This document shows positions 1 to 14,671 of a stretch of DNA of 64,000 nt, one piece after another. Position 1 is the first letter of the stretch, and each line of letters opens with the position of its first letter. The stretch spans positions 1 through 64,000 of the forward strand of contig JAQGDQ010000485.1 of NCBI GenBank assembly GCA_030141605.1. The letters are read 5' to 3'. Position numbers and translations under genes: made by a program. The DNA is from Tubiluchus corallicola. Taxonomy: Eukaryota > Animalia > Priapulida. The notes under the pieces were generated by a model. It was not told the DNA's origin. It saw only the letters and a list, made by a program, of their open reading frames with translations, and made no database searches.

Positions 1-69
1 AGAGAATGAAGAGAAGCGTAACTCGGTTGAAACTAATCTCACCCTGTTTACAGACGGTAGGAGAGCTAA

Positions 70-545
70 TTATGAATTATTGAATTATGAATTTATTCCA
101 CAGCAACTCAAACATACATACAAGTTGATATTACGTTGAAAAAAAGTAAATAAACTATGCGAGTTACAGTGAGGAGGAGGAAGGAGCATTGAGCTTTCGA
201 GTCCTCCTCCAGATAAGTGAAACAATTGACAATTAACATTACATTTTCATCAGTTATAACGTACATTAGAACAAAATAAGTTTAGTTAGTAACTTAAGAT
301 CAGGATGAGTAAAATTGTGAGTTAATTATATCGTTGTAGTAAGTAATTCTTTGACGCTTTTTTAAATTGATAAAGATTAAGAGTTTTCATTTCACGCGGA
401 ATTGATGACCATATTTTAATAGCATTATATTTTGATGACTGTTTCATTATATTTGTTTTTGGAAGGGGGAGTACATAGTTTTCGACTGAATATGTTGTGT
501 AATGATCATGTTGATTTGATCATCTAAACTTGATTTGAGCAAAAT
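70..545 (-). mobile_element. Decayed L2/CR1-group LINE 3' end (ORF2 C-terminus, 3'UTR, short repeat tail)
   Basis: The minus strand reads YVLPLPKTNIMKQSSKYNAIKIWSSIPREMK..LYQFKKR, typical of the L2/CR1 ORF2 terminus. It is followed by a GAGGAG/CTCCTC hairpin, AATAAA and an (ATAATTC)-like tail near 70-98. Confidence 0.55.
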
Positions 546-838
546 TTGTTAAATGCACACCAATGTGCTCATTACTGACTGTGTCACATTATTTTATTAG
601 TTAATAGTAAGTTAGTAATTTAATTAGTAATTAGTAATTAGTAAAATAGTAGTTATTTTACACTTATTGCTTGTAAGGCTAATTACTAAATTGGTTGAGT
701 TGCTCTTAGACTTGCAGATGGACGGACGAAAGGATGAATGGATGTATGGGCAGAAGGACGGACGGACAGGCAGACTGACAGACAAGTAGATTAGTAGACA
801 AGTTTATTTTTTCCTATTCGCCTGGCTGACAGCTAGCT

Positions 839-1852
<1,014 letters not shown>

Positions 1853-1867
1853 ATAATTTTTTTCCAG

Positions 1868-1992
1868 CTGACTTGCATCCCTGCCTCACAGATGTTCCTG
1901 ATTTCATGGCAACGTTTGCAGAGCAACAGACCACTGACTATCTTAAGATGGATGCACCATTAGAGGATCTGACTAATTTTACGCTTTGTCAA
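1868..1992 (+). CDS. Pentraxin-domain gene, first exon visible in the window (upstream exons not located)
   Basis: Acceptor tttttccag and donor gtatga; phase 1 in, phase 0 out. Encodes DLHPCLTDVPDFMATFAEQQTTDYLKMDAPLEDLTNFTLCQ, matching the pentraxin 'DY..L..FTxC' N-terminal strands. Confidence 0.85.
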
Positions 1993-2374
1993 GTATGACA
2001 CATTTTTAGTATTTTATCTGAAAATTTATTAATCAAGGCATCAAATGTGTATTTGGTCTTAAAATCGCAATCAATCATGAACTGCAGTGTTCGTCCGTGA
2101 CGTCAGTGTGACGTACAGCTCATTTTCGCGACACCACATCAGCGTCTTATTGGCAGTCTTCGCTTGCGTAAACGTGCTTGCCATGCAGTGAAGATGCCCA
2201 CCATTGCGGAAACTGTGGTTAGTGGGTGACGTAAGCCGTGGCTGTGTTTGGTTGCTGTTAATTAACTTTCCAAGGTAATTACTCAAATAATGTAAACAAT
2301 TGCTGACTTTTGCAGCAAGAAAGTGTACATTTTGAACAGTAAATTAAAATGAGTCTAAACAATCATCCGGTTTT

Positions 2375-2721
2375 CAGTTTAAGTGATAACAATAAAATGA
2401 ACCCAACATGCTGAGTGACTTATTCTTTCCTTTAGCACACCACAAACAGTTTAAGTGATAACATTAAAATGAACCCAACATGCTGAGCAACTTGTTCTTT
2501 CTTTTAGCACACCACAAACAGTTTAAGTGATAACAATAAAATGAACCCAACATGCTGAGTGACTTATTCTTTCCTTTAGCACACCACAAACAGTTTAAGT
2601 GATAACAATAATATGAACCCAACATGTTGAGGAACTTGTTGTTTCCTTTAGCACACCACAAACAGTTTAAGTGATAACAGTAAAATGAACCAAACATGCT
2701 GAGCAACTTGTTCTTTCCTTT
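2375..2721. repeat. 72-bp minisatellite, about 4.8 copies (intronic)
   Basis: Unit starts cagtttaagtgataac at 2375, 2447, 2519, 2591 and 2663. Confidence 0.95.
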
Positions 2722-3000
2722 AAGGCCCGTTCCACATTATACAAACCACACCTAACAGAAAATATTCTAGTACACACCCAGCCGATTACTATCCAGAACT
2801 AATGGTGCTTAACTAAGAAATTGCGTCATGGACTTTTGTTGTACATCCGGTGATGTTTAATACAGTGATTTAATCAATCGTCCGGTTTTTAATTAAATTC
2901 GGTTGCCATGCGACTATCTCCTATTTCTCACTTAGAATAAACGTTGCTTTACTACACAACAAAGTACCGCTGTGTACTATTTTATATTCGTTATTATTAG

Positions 3001-3155
3001 TGGATCCAGCCTACAGTAGATCTAGACCCTTCACAAGCGGAACAGGTACCTGTACAGATGGCGCTGATTTCCTACGCTGTACCTGAAGAGGATGATGAGC
3101 TTCTACTCATTTTAGATAACGAAGATCTTTCCTTTCATTACGGAGGAAGCATGCA
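3001..3155 (+). CDS. Pentraxin-domain gene, exon 2
   Basis: Acceptor ttattattag and donor gtaagt; phase 0 in, phase 2 out. Encodes WIQPTVDLDPSQAEQVPVQMALISYAVPEEDDELLLILDNEDLSFHYGGSM. It completes FTLCQW and carries the pentraxin SYA...DxE motif. Confidence 0.88.
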
Positions 3156-3171
3156 GTAAGTACTAAGACTA

Positions 3172-3694
3172 CAATCATTTGCAAAAGTTTAAGACCAAGC
3201 TCGAGTTTTCGGGATTCAGTCTTCATGCAAGACGGAGCTCCTTGTCACAGATCGAAGGTGACCACCAATTTCCTCAGGGAGAAGAACATCGCCGTACTTG
3301 AATGGCCTGGAAACAGCCCGGACCTCAATCCGATAGAGAATCTCTGGGAGATACTGAAGGATAAGGTGGCAGACAGGCAGCCATCAAGTGCTGAAGTCTT
3401 GCGAAGAGTTATCAAGGACATTTGGGTTAAAGAAATTACTTCCGAGTACTGCCAAAACCTAATTTCCAGTATGCCTCTTAGAATGAAGGCAGTGATTGAC
3501 AACTTCGGCGGCCATACAAAGTACTAAAATGTTCAAGGACTGTGACTATTTTTGGATAAAAACATACAAACTATGCTGTAGCATATTTTCCTAGAAGAAT
3601 AAATGAATAGTTTTTAGATGGAACCGTGTTAAACGATGGTTTTGTCAATTTTCATGGAAAAATCACTTTGGTCTTAAACTTTTGCAAATGATTG
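3172..3694 (+). mobile_element. Non-autonomous Tc1-like element (523 bp, internally deleted), copy 1
   Basis: 27-bp TIRs CAATCATTTGCAAAAGTTTAAGACCAA and TA on both sides. Retains the transposase C-terminus QDGAPCH...WPGNSPDLNPIENLW...GGHTKY (3225-3527). Confidence 0.93.
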
Positions 3695-4936
3695 TAGAAT
3701 CATTGATGTAATAAGTTCTTAGGCACTTTTATTGTTGTAATTAATTAAAATGTTAACTAAAATTTTAAATTACTGTATCTTGTCAATAAGATTAAAAAAC
3801 GTTTTTTGGTTAGTGAGTGGTGCACCCTGGAGGGTGAGTCAATGACATTTTACCAATTTGTGAAAACACTTTAAATAATCAATAATTTTCTTTTCTAGTT
3901 ACATAAGTCTTTCCAGTAGGTAAGCGAAATGATAAGTAATATAACTTTGCATGGAAAGTTTTTTGGGACATTGTTTAACATTTCCCTTTCTTCCCCTAAT
4001 TTACGTTGTGCGTGTATGACGTCACATAATGGTGTGGTTGGAACAGTATAGTGGGAAATTTAAAATGAAAACAAACAAAAAATCCTTTCAACGCGAGTAA
4101 GATATGCGCATAAAACTGCTGTAAACTAATATAATTTTTAAGGGGATTTTTCTGAAACCTACGTCAGGCACCCCTTTTGTTGTCCTTTAAAGGAGGGCGT
4201 GGGAAATTCATAAGAATACTACTGCTGCACAAAACTAAAGGAAATCAATCTCAAAAAAAAATTGAATAATGTATACGTATCGCATTCTATAGTGGTTGAT
4301 AGCTGACATTGTATTGTTATTCTTATTTCATTACCGAAATAAATTGGAATTGAATTGAATTGACATGAGAAACGTCATGGCTACACCTACACATATGAAC
4401 TACAATACTACAAGTGTAGCTTGTGAGGAACAAACGAAATCGCAGCAGATTTGACAAAAAATTAGGTTTGTCTGCCACGATTGTCGTTGAATCTCTGGCG
4501 AACAAGAATTCGTTAAAGCAAAACAGGACGACTTTTCGTATCTTACCCCAGTTTGAAGTATGGTAAAATATGCACATTTTAACACGTATGATAACGTCAA
4601 AGCGTTTTTAATCATTAAATAATAGATTAAAGACTTAATTAATGGCAGGTGAACCCAGCCAGTGATGACCTCACAAACGCACAGAATTTTTGGACAGCAA
4701 AAACATTCCACGAGCATGTTGAACGTGTTTGCGAAAGCGAAAATTGAAGTACAATGCTGTATTGTAAGAGCATTGTCGGTGTAATATACAAAATCTCGGC
4801 AGATTGTAAGAAAAAGATTGAAATTTTAAATTTACCGCTGCCCTCCCGCATGAAATTTCGAACGTGTGTATCACGTCACAAACGAACAGGTCTGAAACTG
4901 AAAGGTATACTATAGCTGTTTTTCATGCAAAGCGGC

Positions 4937-5484
4937 TCCGAGATGCAGGCACTAGTGCCCATCTAACTAAGAAATGGCTGGTTCCGAGATGCAGGCACTA
5001 GTGCCCATCTAACTAGGAAATGGCTGGTTCCGAGATGCAGGCACTAGTGCCCGTCTAACTAAGAAATGGCTGGTTCCGAGATGCAGGCACTAGTGCCCAT
5101 CTAACTAAGAAATGGCTGGTTCCGAGATGCAGGCGCTAGTGCCCATCTAACTAAGAAATGGCTGGGTCCGAGATGCAGGCGCTAGTGCCCATCTAACTAA
5201 GAAATGGCTGGTTCCAAGATGCAGGCACTAGTGCCCATCTAACTAAGAAATGGCTGGTTCCGACATGCAGGCGCTAGTGCCCATCTAACTAAGAAATGGC
5301 TGGTTCCGAGATGCAGGCACTAGTGCCCATCTAACTAAGAAATGGCTGGTTCCAAGATGCAGGCACTAGTGCCCATCTAACTAAGAAATGGCTGGTTCCA
5401 AGATGCAGGCACTAGTGCCCATCTAACTAAGAAATGGCTGGTTCCGACATGCAGGCGCTAGTGCCCATCTAACTAAGAAATGGC
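4937..5484. repeat. 46-bp tandem repeat, about 12 copies, each with an internal palindrome
   Basis: Unit ttccgagatgcaGGCACTAGTGCCcatctaactaagaaatggctgg; period 46 (4937, 4983, ...). Confidence 0.97.
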
Positions 5485-6255
5485 GAAGTCCACGTAACAT
5501 CGAAGAGCTAGCCGCGGGAACACGAAATTACTTTTGCGAGGTAATAATTCTTTCACATAAGACATTCTTTAAAAAAATGATATGTTCCCTTTTGTAATTT
5601 TAAAGAGTAGATTGTTTTGACCTACAGTTTAGGTTCCCGGTTTTGCTTTAAAGTCAACATATTGGAGCGAGACGCTTTTAAAATCAGTGAGATCTGAATT
5701 AAAACATGGTTGGTGTTCTACAATCAATGTCCGCCATATTCCAACAAAATATGGTAGCGTTTAATACGTCATTTCTATTGAAAAAAAAATAGAAAAGGCT
5801 ATTTTACAAATTTGCATTAAATTCTGTAGTTCTAGACCCTACTAAACACAAACATTAAGTAAACCTAATTTGGAATTTTACTAATTTATACTATGTAACA
5901 CGTTCTATCAAATTATAAGATTGTCATTAAGTAAACTAAATGTTCAAGGTGATCAGTTCAATCAAATTAATATAAAATGATGTATTTACTTACATCGTAT
6001 GTCTCCATAAAGCAAATCTAGTATTTACCAATATATCTGACAAATTATCACTATCATACTGTGAAAACTACTATTAAAGAAGCCTGTTAATGTCTACCAA
6101 CTAACTCACTTGTCCTGGTAAAAACAGATCTGCACAGGTGAGTGATCGTGGTCACGTGACCAACGAGATACTTAGCGAAATTCCCTACATTAATAAGCAT
6201 TAATTTTTGATAAGATGATTGAAACTATTTTTTTTACCGTACTATATATTTACAG

Positions 6256-6368
6256 CACCATTATGGACGTTGGCTCTGACACTCTTCTGAGAAATGGAGC
6301 ATGGCATCACGTTTGCTTGGTATATGAGTCCGGGGGATTCGAAGTGTTTATAGATGGATCGTCCGCAG
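6256..6368 (+). CDS. Pentraxin-domain gene, exon 3
   Basis: Acceptor tatttacag and donor gtattt; phase 2 in, phase 1 out. Encodes TIMDVGSDTLLRNGAWHHVCLVYESGGFEVFIDGSSA (pentraxin/LamG WHHVC...F.DG motif). Confidence 0.9.
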
Positions 6369-6449
6369 GTATTTTATTTTGTTCTTTCGCAATTTCACTA
6401 GTTACTGTTCGTTTGTTTCTTCATTCATTCACTCTTTCGTTCATTTATT

Positions 6450-6872
6450 CAACCATCCATCTATCCCTCCATTCACACATTCGTCCATCCCTCCATTCAC
6501 ACATTCGTCCCTCCGTCCATTCGTCCATTCACGCATTAGTCCATCCGTCCATCCGTACATTTACACATTCGTCCATCCATCTATCCCTCCATTCACACAT
6601 TCGTCCATTCACACATTCGTCCATCCGTCCATTCACACATTCGTCCATCCATCTATCCCCATCCGTCCATTCACACATTCGTCCATCCGTCCATTCACAC
6701 ATTCGTCCATCCGTCCATTCACACATTCGTCCACCCGTCCATTCACACATTCGTCCATCCGTCCATTCACACATTCGTCCATCCGTCCATTCACACATTC
6801 GTCTATCCGTCCATTCACACATTCGTCCATCCGTCCATTCACACATTCGTCTATCCGTCCATTCACACATAC
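6450..6872. repeat. 24-bp minisatellite (ccatccgtccattcacacattcgt)n
   Basis: Direct tandem periodicity. It generates the spurious PSVHSHIR / PFTHSSIR ORFs. Confidence 0.95.
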
Positions 6873-6959
6873 GTTCATTCTTTCTAGAGGAGCTGTAGCA
6901 ACAGAGCAAAGCATTTCAATATTGTAAACTCATTAATCTAATCACTCAGAAATAAGAGG

Positions 6960-7112
6960 TATAAGTTTTGTAAAAAACGGCCGAAAATGGCCATTTTTGG
7001 ACGTTTTTCGCCCCCCGTTCCTGCCGGTGGGTCCGATTCGAAAAATAAACCCCCAATGGCACGACACTAGATCGAGACCTTTTGTTTGATGTATAGATCG
7101 GCGCTAATGGTG
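6960..7112 (+). mobile_element. Unclassified interspersed repeat fragment; second copy inverted at about 23985-24139
   Basis: About 150 bp (ggccgaaaatggccatttttgga...aaacccccaatggcacgacactagatc) matches the reverse complement of 23985-24139. Confidence 0.8.
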
Positions 7113-7721
7113 CCGTCGTCCAATCTAAAATATTAAAATCTACTGTAGCTTTTACATCAAAGCTTATAAATCAAAGCTTTAACGAAAATTAAAAACAAAT
7201 TTTGTTGTTGTAGTAAAAGAGGACCTGTTAAACTATGTTAAAAACGTTATATTATGATATATGACAGCTGATGAATGCTGGCATGAAGCCCAGTTAAGGA
7301 GTGGTGTCACGTGAGCAAGTGATTCAGAACCGAAGCGCAGGCGTCGATGCGTCGAAGCTCGGCGCACGAGATATAAGCCTTGTGATGCGCCCAGCTCAGG
7401 AAATTGAGTCTGGGAGCTGAAGGAGAGCAGGCTAGATCAGGGGGCTTAGCATCACAATCTGTTATATTTATTGTGTTTGATGTTTAATAAACGTCTAGTT
7501 TTATAATCTGACTCTTCATAGTTTTGCCATCCCTAAAACACCAATAATCAGCTTTACACAACCAATACAACGAATTATTTTACTCTTTTTTCGACAGTAT
7601 AATTTAGATTGCAGAAAAACGTGCAATCATTGAAGTTGTCTGTGTGAGAACTTAAGAAATAACTGGATAAATAATAATGTTAGACGCATAAAATTTTTGT
7701 AATTCAATGTTATGAATTTAG

Positions 7722-7883
7722 CAACCATTACCAATGGTCCAGCAGCAATTCGGGGGGGAGGCTGCTTCATATTTGGCCAAGACCAAGACATGGTCGGGGG
7801 TGGATTTCAAATTAGTCAAAGCTACATTGGAAACGTCACAGATATCACGTGGTCAACTAAAGTGTACACAAGTGATCAAATAG
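7722..7883 (+). CDS. Pentraxin-domain gene, exon 4 (Ca-binding loop)
   Basis: Acceptor aatttag and donor gtttgt; phase 1 in and out. Encodes TITNGPAAIRGGGCFIFGQDQDMVGGGFQISQSYIGNVTDITWSTKVYTSDQI, matching pentraxin GQEQD..GG.F...QSF.G. Confidence 0.92.
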   Translation, partial: QPLPMVQQQFGGEAASYLAKTKTWSGVDFKLVKATLETSQISRGQLKCTQVIK

Positions 7884-8648
7884 GTTTGTTTATTCTTTAT
7901 TGTTTATTGTTCTAATATATATATAATTATTATATATATATTATTTGATTCAAATAAGTGTTTTAACTATGACTACTTTTTCTTCTTTAGATGCACAAAT
8001 ATATATATATTAATTCTTTATTTGTCATAAAAATGGTTCACTCGTTATAATAAAATTGAGTAAGCCTCAGCGTAATGTTAAAATAACAACACTGTTCAAG
8101 ACAAATGCGTCAAGTGCAGTGCATACTAAAAAAACTAAAGTGCAAAACTATATACAATAAATGAACATATTTACAAACACCATATTAAAATATGTTTACT
8201 AAACAATTTTACGAAAGTACATTAAATTTTACATGACATATTTTACACTATATATACATTTGACACGACATATTTTACACTATATATACATTTGACATGA
8301 CATATTTTACACTATATATACATTTGACATGACACAATTAACAGAAACATGCTTTACATTACATAAATTTCACTCATTACATTTACATGCACAATGTGGA
8401 AGTTGAAACCTGTTATATTGATTTCCACATTGTGCATCTGATACTAATTACACAGACTCCACTTTCATCTACCCCCGCCCCTGACTCCATATAACGATTA
8501 AAAATGATCATTCTGCACGAGGTATTTCGCTTGTTTTTTTTTATGGAAACCCATCAGGGGTTCCTTTTGTCTTTTTCCTGATTACGAAAATACGGAAAAT
8601 TTGCTTTTTGTGGAATGACAATCGCTAATAAAGTTTTAATTTCTTTAA

Positions 8649-9262
8649 CCCTTATAGGGTCACGATTTTTTACAACCGATTTTGGTAACCGGGGGTAAAA
8701 AATTACCCCCACCATAATTCGTAAATTACTTTTGATAAACCGCCGTGTTTCATTAGTAAACAGCAACAGCATAATTTGTGGTTATGCTGACCACCATAGG
8801 ATACATCATACCTGTGCTTAAAGACATGTGACTTACTAATAATACGAAATTTAAATTCACTTAGTTACGTTCCCTTATCTATGCTGGAATAACTGTAGAC
8901 AACCGACATTACTAGCACGTGTGCAGAAATCATTGTTATTTTGAATTTATTGTCTACTACTTTCTTCTTTTAGGTGGAGTAATTTGAGTAACTGACGTTT
9001 TGTTTTATCAGATACATCACCCGTATAATGTATAGACAAGCGAAGTAAAGTTCGACAATTTTAAAAAATCGACATATTGCATTTTCATTTTTATTGCGTG
9101 GTGAGACAATGCGCCTAAAATAAATAACTGAAAATATTTTGTGCACAAAACATATTTAGAAAAAGTCATAGAAAAGATTTACTGGGATGCGTATGGTTAA
9201 AGGGTAAAATGCAAAAAACCGGGCTGGGGGTAATTTTTTATCCCCCAGTGACCCTATAAGGG
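8649..9262. mobile_element. piggyBac-like MITE (614 bp)
   Basis: Perfect 15-bp TIR CCCTTATAGGGTCAC / GTGACCCTATAAGGG, flanked by TTAA on both sides. Confidence 0.88.
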
Positions 9263-9427
9263 TTAATAAAGGTAATTATATATGTTGGTGGCTGAGTGCT
9301 TTTAGCATTTTAATTCAAAAAGTATTTCATATGTTTTGTATTACATCCTTACCCTCCTACTCTTGCTATTTTAATTGCTTTTTAAAGTCCAAATCTATTT
9401 TTTTCTTAACATAACTTACCACAAACA

Positions 9428-9683
9428 ATTCAATTTTATGTGCCTCTGACTGTAACACGGCACAGGCGCTTATGCTCGCCCAGTGCATATAAGCTGTCAA
9501 ATTTTGTGAACTTCACTCTCAAATTATTAGTACTTTCTATTCAGGCATGGTCAATTCAATTTTATGTGCCTCTGACTGTAACACGGCACAGGCACTTATG
9601 CTCGCCCTGTGTATATAAGCTTTGAAATTTTGTGAATTTTACTCTCAAATTATTAGTACTTTCTATTCAGGCATGGTCAATTC
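9428..9683. repeat. Tandem duplication of a unit of about 125 bp
   Basis: caattttatgtgcctctgactgtaacacggcacaggc...ctattcaggcatggtcaattc occurs twice in tandem. Confidence 0.9.
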
Positions 9684-10006
9684 ATTGTGTTTCCTTTCTT
9701 TCATTAACTTTATGCAGGCAAAACACAGTTGCATCGTTTTTGGTTTTTCTCTTTATGCGGCCATTTTTACTCTTTCTCGAACTTACTACGTTTCGAACCA
9801 ATGACGTTTAGTTACGATTTTGTTTTTAATGTTCTTGTTTTAACATTTTATCTGTAATATTCAGTTGACGAGGCCCGTTAGGGTGAAATTACAGGTTCTT
9901 TGTCTTACGTTTGGGTAAAGTTAGCTAGTATGTCACATTAGTTTATCTGTCTTTTGTATTTTTGTAATTGGCGGCCGAACAATTTTCTTCAAAAGATTCC
10001 TCCAAA

Positions 10007-11348
<1,342 letters not shown>

Positions 11349-11439
11349 CAATTTATTAACAAAGTCAGTGTACAAAGTAGAATATAATTCCACTTGAAAT
11401 GCAGAACACCGAAGAAAACAATAAACTTCTCTCTTTTAG

Positions 11440-11795
11440 CTGATATGGCGACCACCTGTTACAATATCATTGGCGACATCAGTAGCTGGACGCAGGATTT
11501 CAATGACGTCACATTGATTGCGGATCCAACGAGCGGCACCATGCTCGTCAGTCCAAGTACCTGCCCGTTCAGCTCTGATCCGGATTTGTGCTTTCCCAAC
11601 ACGCTATCGGAAAGAGAGGTGCAGTATTTGGCAGAAGTGCTTGAGTATATTATCCACGACGACGAGCTTACCACAGTTCGTATTGATCATCTACTAGAGA
11701 AGAATTACTATCTAGAACATTCGATAGTGGAAGTGAAGCATCTGCTAGAACACCTCACCACGGAACAGTTGCATCAAATTGACAAGGACCATTAA
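11440..11795 (+). CDS. Pentraxin-domain gene, terminal exon with C-terminal extension
   Basis: Acceptor ctcttttag, phase 1. DMATTCYNIIGDISSW matches the pentraxin end C...G.I.SW, followed by about 100 aa to TAA at 11793-11795, with AATAAA at 11822. The five exons total 911 nt (plus 1 upstream nt = 303 aa + stop) with no frame conflict. Confidence 0.85.
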
Positions 11796-11837
11796 CAACT
11801 AACACGTACAAAAGTTTGAGTAATAAATAAATATTAT

Positions 11838-11861
11838 TAACAACAACAACAACAACAACAG

Positions 11862-11936
<75 letters not shown>

Positions 11937-11985
11937 AAACAGCAGCAACAACAACAACAGCAGCAGCAGCAAGTACAACAACAGC

Positions 11986-12073
<88 letters not shown>

Positions 12074-12344
12074 GCAACAACAACAACAACAACAAGAACA
12101 ACAATAACAACAACAGCAACAACAACAGCAGCAGCAGCAACAGCAGTAACAGCAGCAACAACAGCAACATCAGCAACCACAGCAACAGCAACAGCGACAA
12201 TGACAACAATGTCAACAAAAACAGCAACAAAAATAAAAACAACAACGACGGTATCAGCGATGGCAATGGCGATGGTGACGACAACAACGACGACGACAAC
12301 AACAACAACAACATCAACAATAACAACAGCAACAACAACAACAA

Positions 12345-12377
<33 letters not shown>

Positions 12378-12522
12378 ACAGCAGCAGCAACAGCAGTAGC
12401 AGCAACAACAACAGTAACATCTACAACAGCAGCAGCCACAGCAACCACAGCAACTGCAACAGCGACAATGACAACAATGTCAACAACAACGACAATAACG
12501 AAAACAACAACAACAACAACAA
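11838..12522. repeat. (CAA)n/(GCA)n compound trinucleotide microsatellite
   Basis: Directly visible. Confidence 0.97.
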
Positions 12523-13202
12523 TTATAAAATTAACAGTAAGAAGAAGAAGAAAAGGAAAAAGAAGGAAATTAATGATTTTAAATACCAATGCTCTTACTC
12601 AAAGATTCACAAATATTAGGCAACAAAGTTGTTACATCAAATCGACGTGAATACTAAGCATACATAAACAGCGGATATTACATCTTTAACCATCAGGATT
12701 ACAAACCATCATTATCTTTTGCAAAGTTAATTGTCTGCCGTTGTTATCTTTGCTTGCAACTGTTTGTCGTTCTTCATATTGTAATTGTAATTGTAATTTA
12801 TTATCAATTCAGCATGTATTCTTACATTACAATTTGCATTATTATCTTTAACTATTATGCCCTATAACTAGAAAATGAAATATTGTTACAATAATTTTAA
12901 CAGAACTACATTAGTATACTACAGCATGATATAGTTAGGGAAAAAATTCCAAATATAATTACAAAAATTTAACAGAAGTGTACTAACATAGTTACTAAAC
13001 TACATAATAGTTTGTCAACAAGAAATAGATGCTGCATGGCGGTCAAGAAGCAAAGCTTGTAGAATCACCATGAAAAGTGAAAAAACGACTTAATTTACAA
13101 CAGAGAGAATTATAGAAAAACAGATTATTTTGTTTGCTAGATTTATCTAAAGTATGTTTACGAGCATTTCTCGAATTTTGTTTCAAGTTTGTTGGTTAGT
13201 TA

Positions 13203-13900
<698 letters not shown>

Positions 13901-13958
13901 AAATTATTAAGTGTATGAAGTGACCAAATGAAATTATTTTCCTCTCTGTCAGTTCTTA

Positions 13959-14481
13959 CAATTATTTGCAAAAGTTTAAAACCAAAGTGATTTTTTCATG
14001 AAAATTGACAAAACCATCGTTTAACGCGGTTCCATCTAAAAACTATTCATTTATTCTTCAAGAAAAATATACTACAGCATAGTTTGTACATTTTTATCCA
14101 AAAATAGTCACAGTCCTTGAACATTTTAGTACTTTGTATGGCCGCCGAAGTTGTCAATCACTGCCTTCATTCTAAGAGGCATACTGGAAATTAGGTTTTG
14201 GCAGTACTCGGAAGTAATTTCTTTAACCCAAATGTCCTTGATAACTCTTTGCAAGTCTTCAGCACTTGATGGCTGCCTGTCTGCCACCTTATCCTTCAGT
14301 ATCTCCCAGAGATTCTCTATCGGATTGAGGTCCAGGCTGTTTCCAGGCCATTCAAGTACGGCGATGTTCTTCTCCCTGAGGAAATTGGTGGTCACCTTCG
14401 ATCTGTGACAAGGAGCTCCGTCTTGCGTGAAGACTGAATCCCGAAAACTCGAGCTTGGTCTTAAACTTTTTCCAATGACTG
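13959..14481 (-). mobile_element. Non-autonomous Tc1-like element, copy 2 (523 bp)
   Basis: Reverse complement of copy 1 with the same length, TIRs and TA flanks. Confidence 0.92.
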
Positions 14482-14671
14482 TATGTAACGATAAACTGAT
14501 GCACAGATTTGCATTGCACTGTAAAATAATAATACACGTTAGTCCCGAATATTTATAGAAAATGACGTCACTTTTATTTTCAAAATTTCTTCCAGTTATT
14601 TAACGCTTTCTTCCTGTGAAGTATTGAAACTCGGCAAGGCTTATTCAGTAAGTAATTCAGCTTAATAATGT

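Noticed and set aside
4937-5484. CRISPR-like array of palindromic repeats
   Set aside because: The sequence between palindromes is constant, so there are no unique spacers. There are no cas genes, and the context is a eukaryotic intron.
7305-7560. Solo LTR (TGTCAC start, TATA, AATAAA)
   Set aside because: I could not define the right end or a TSD, and there is no second copy in the window.
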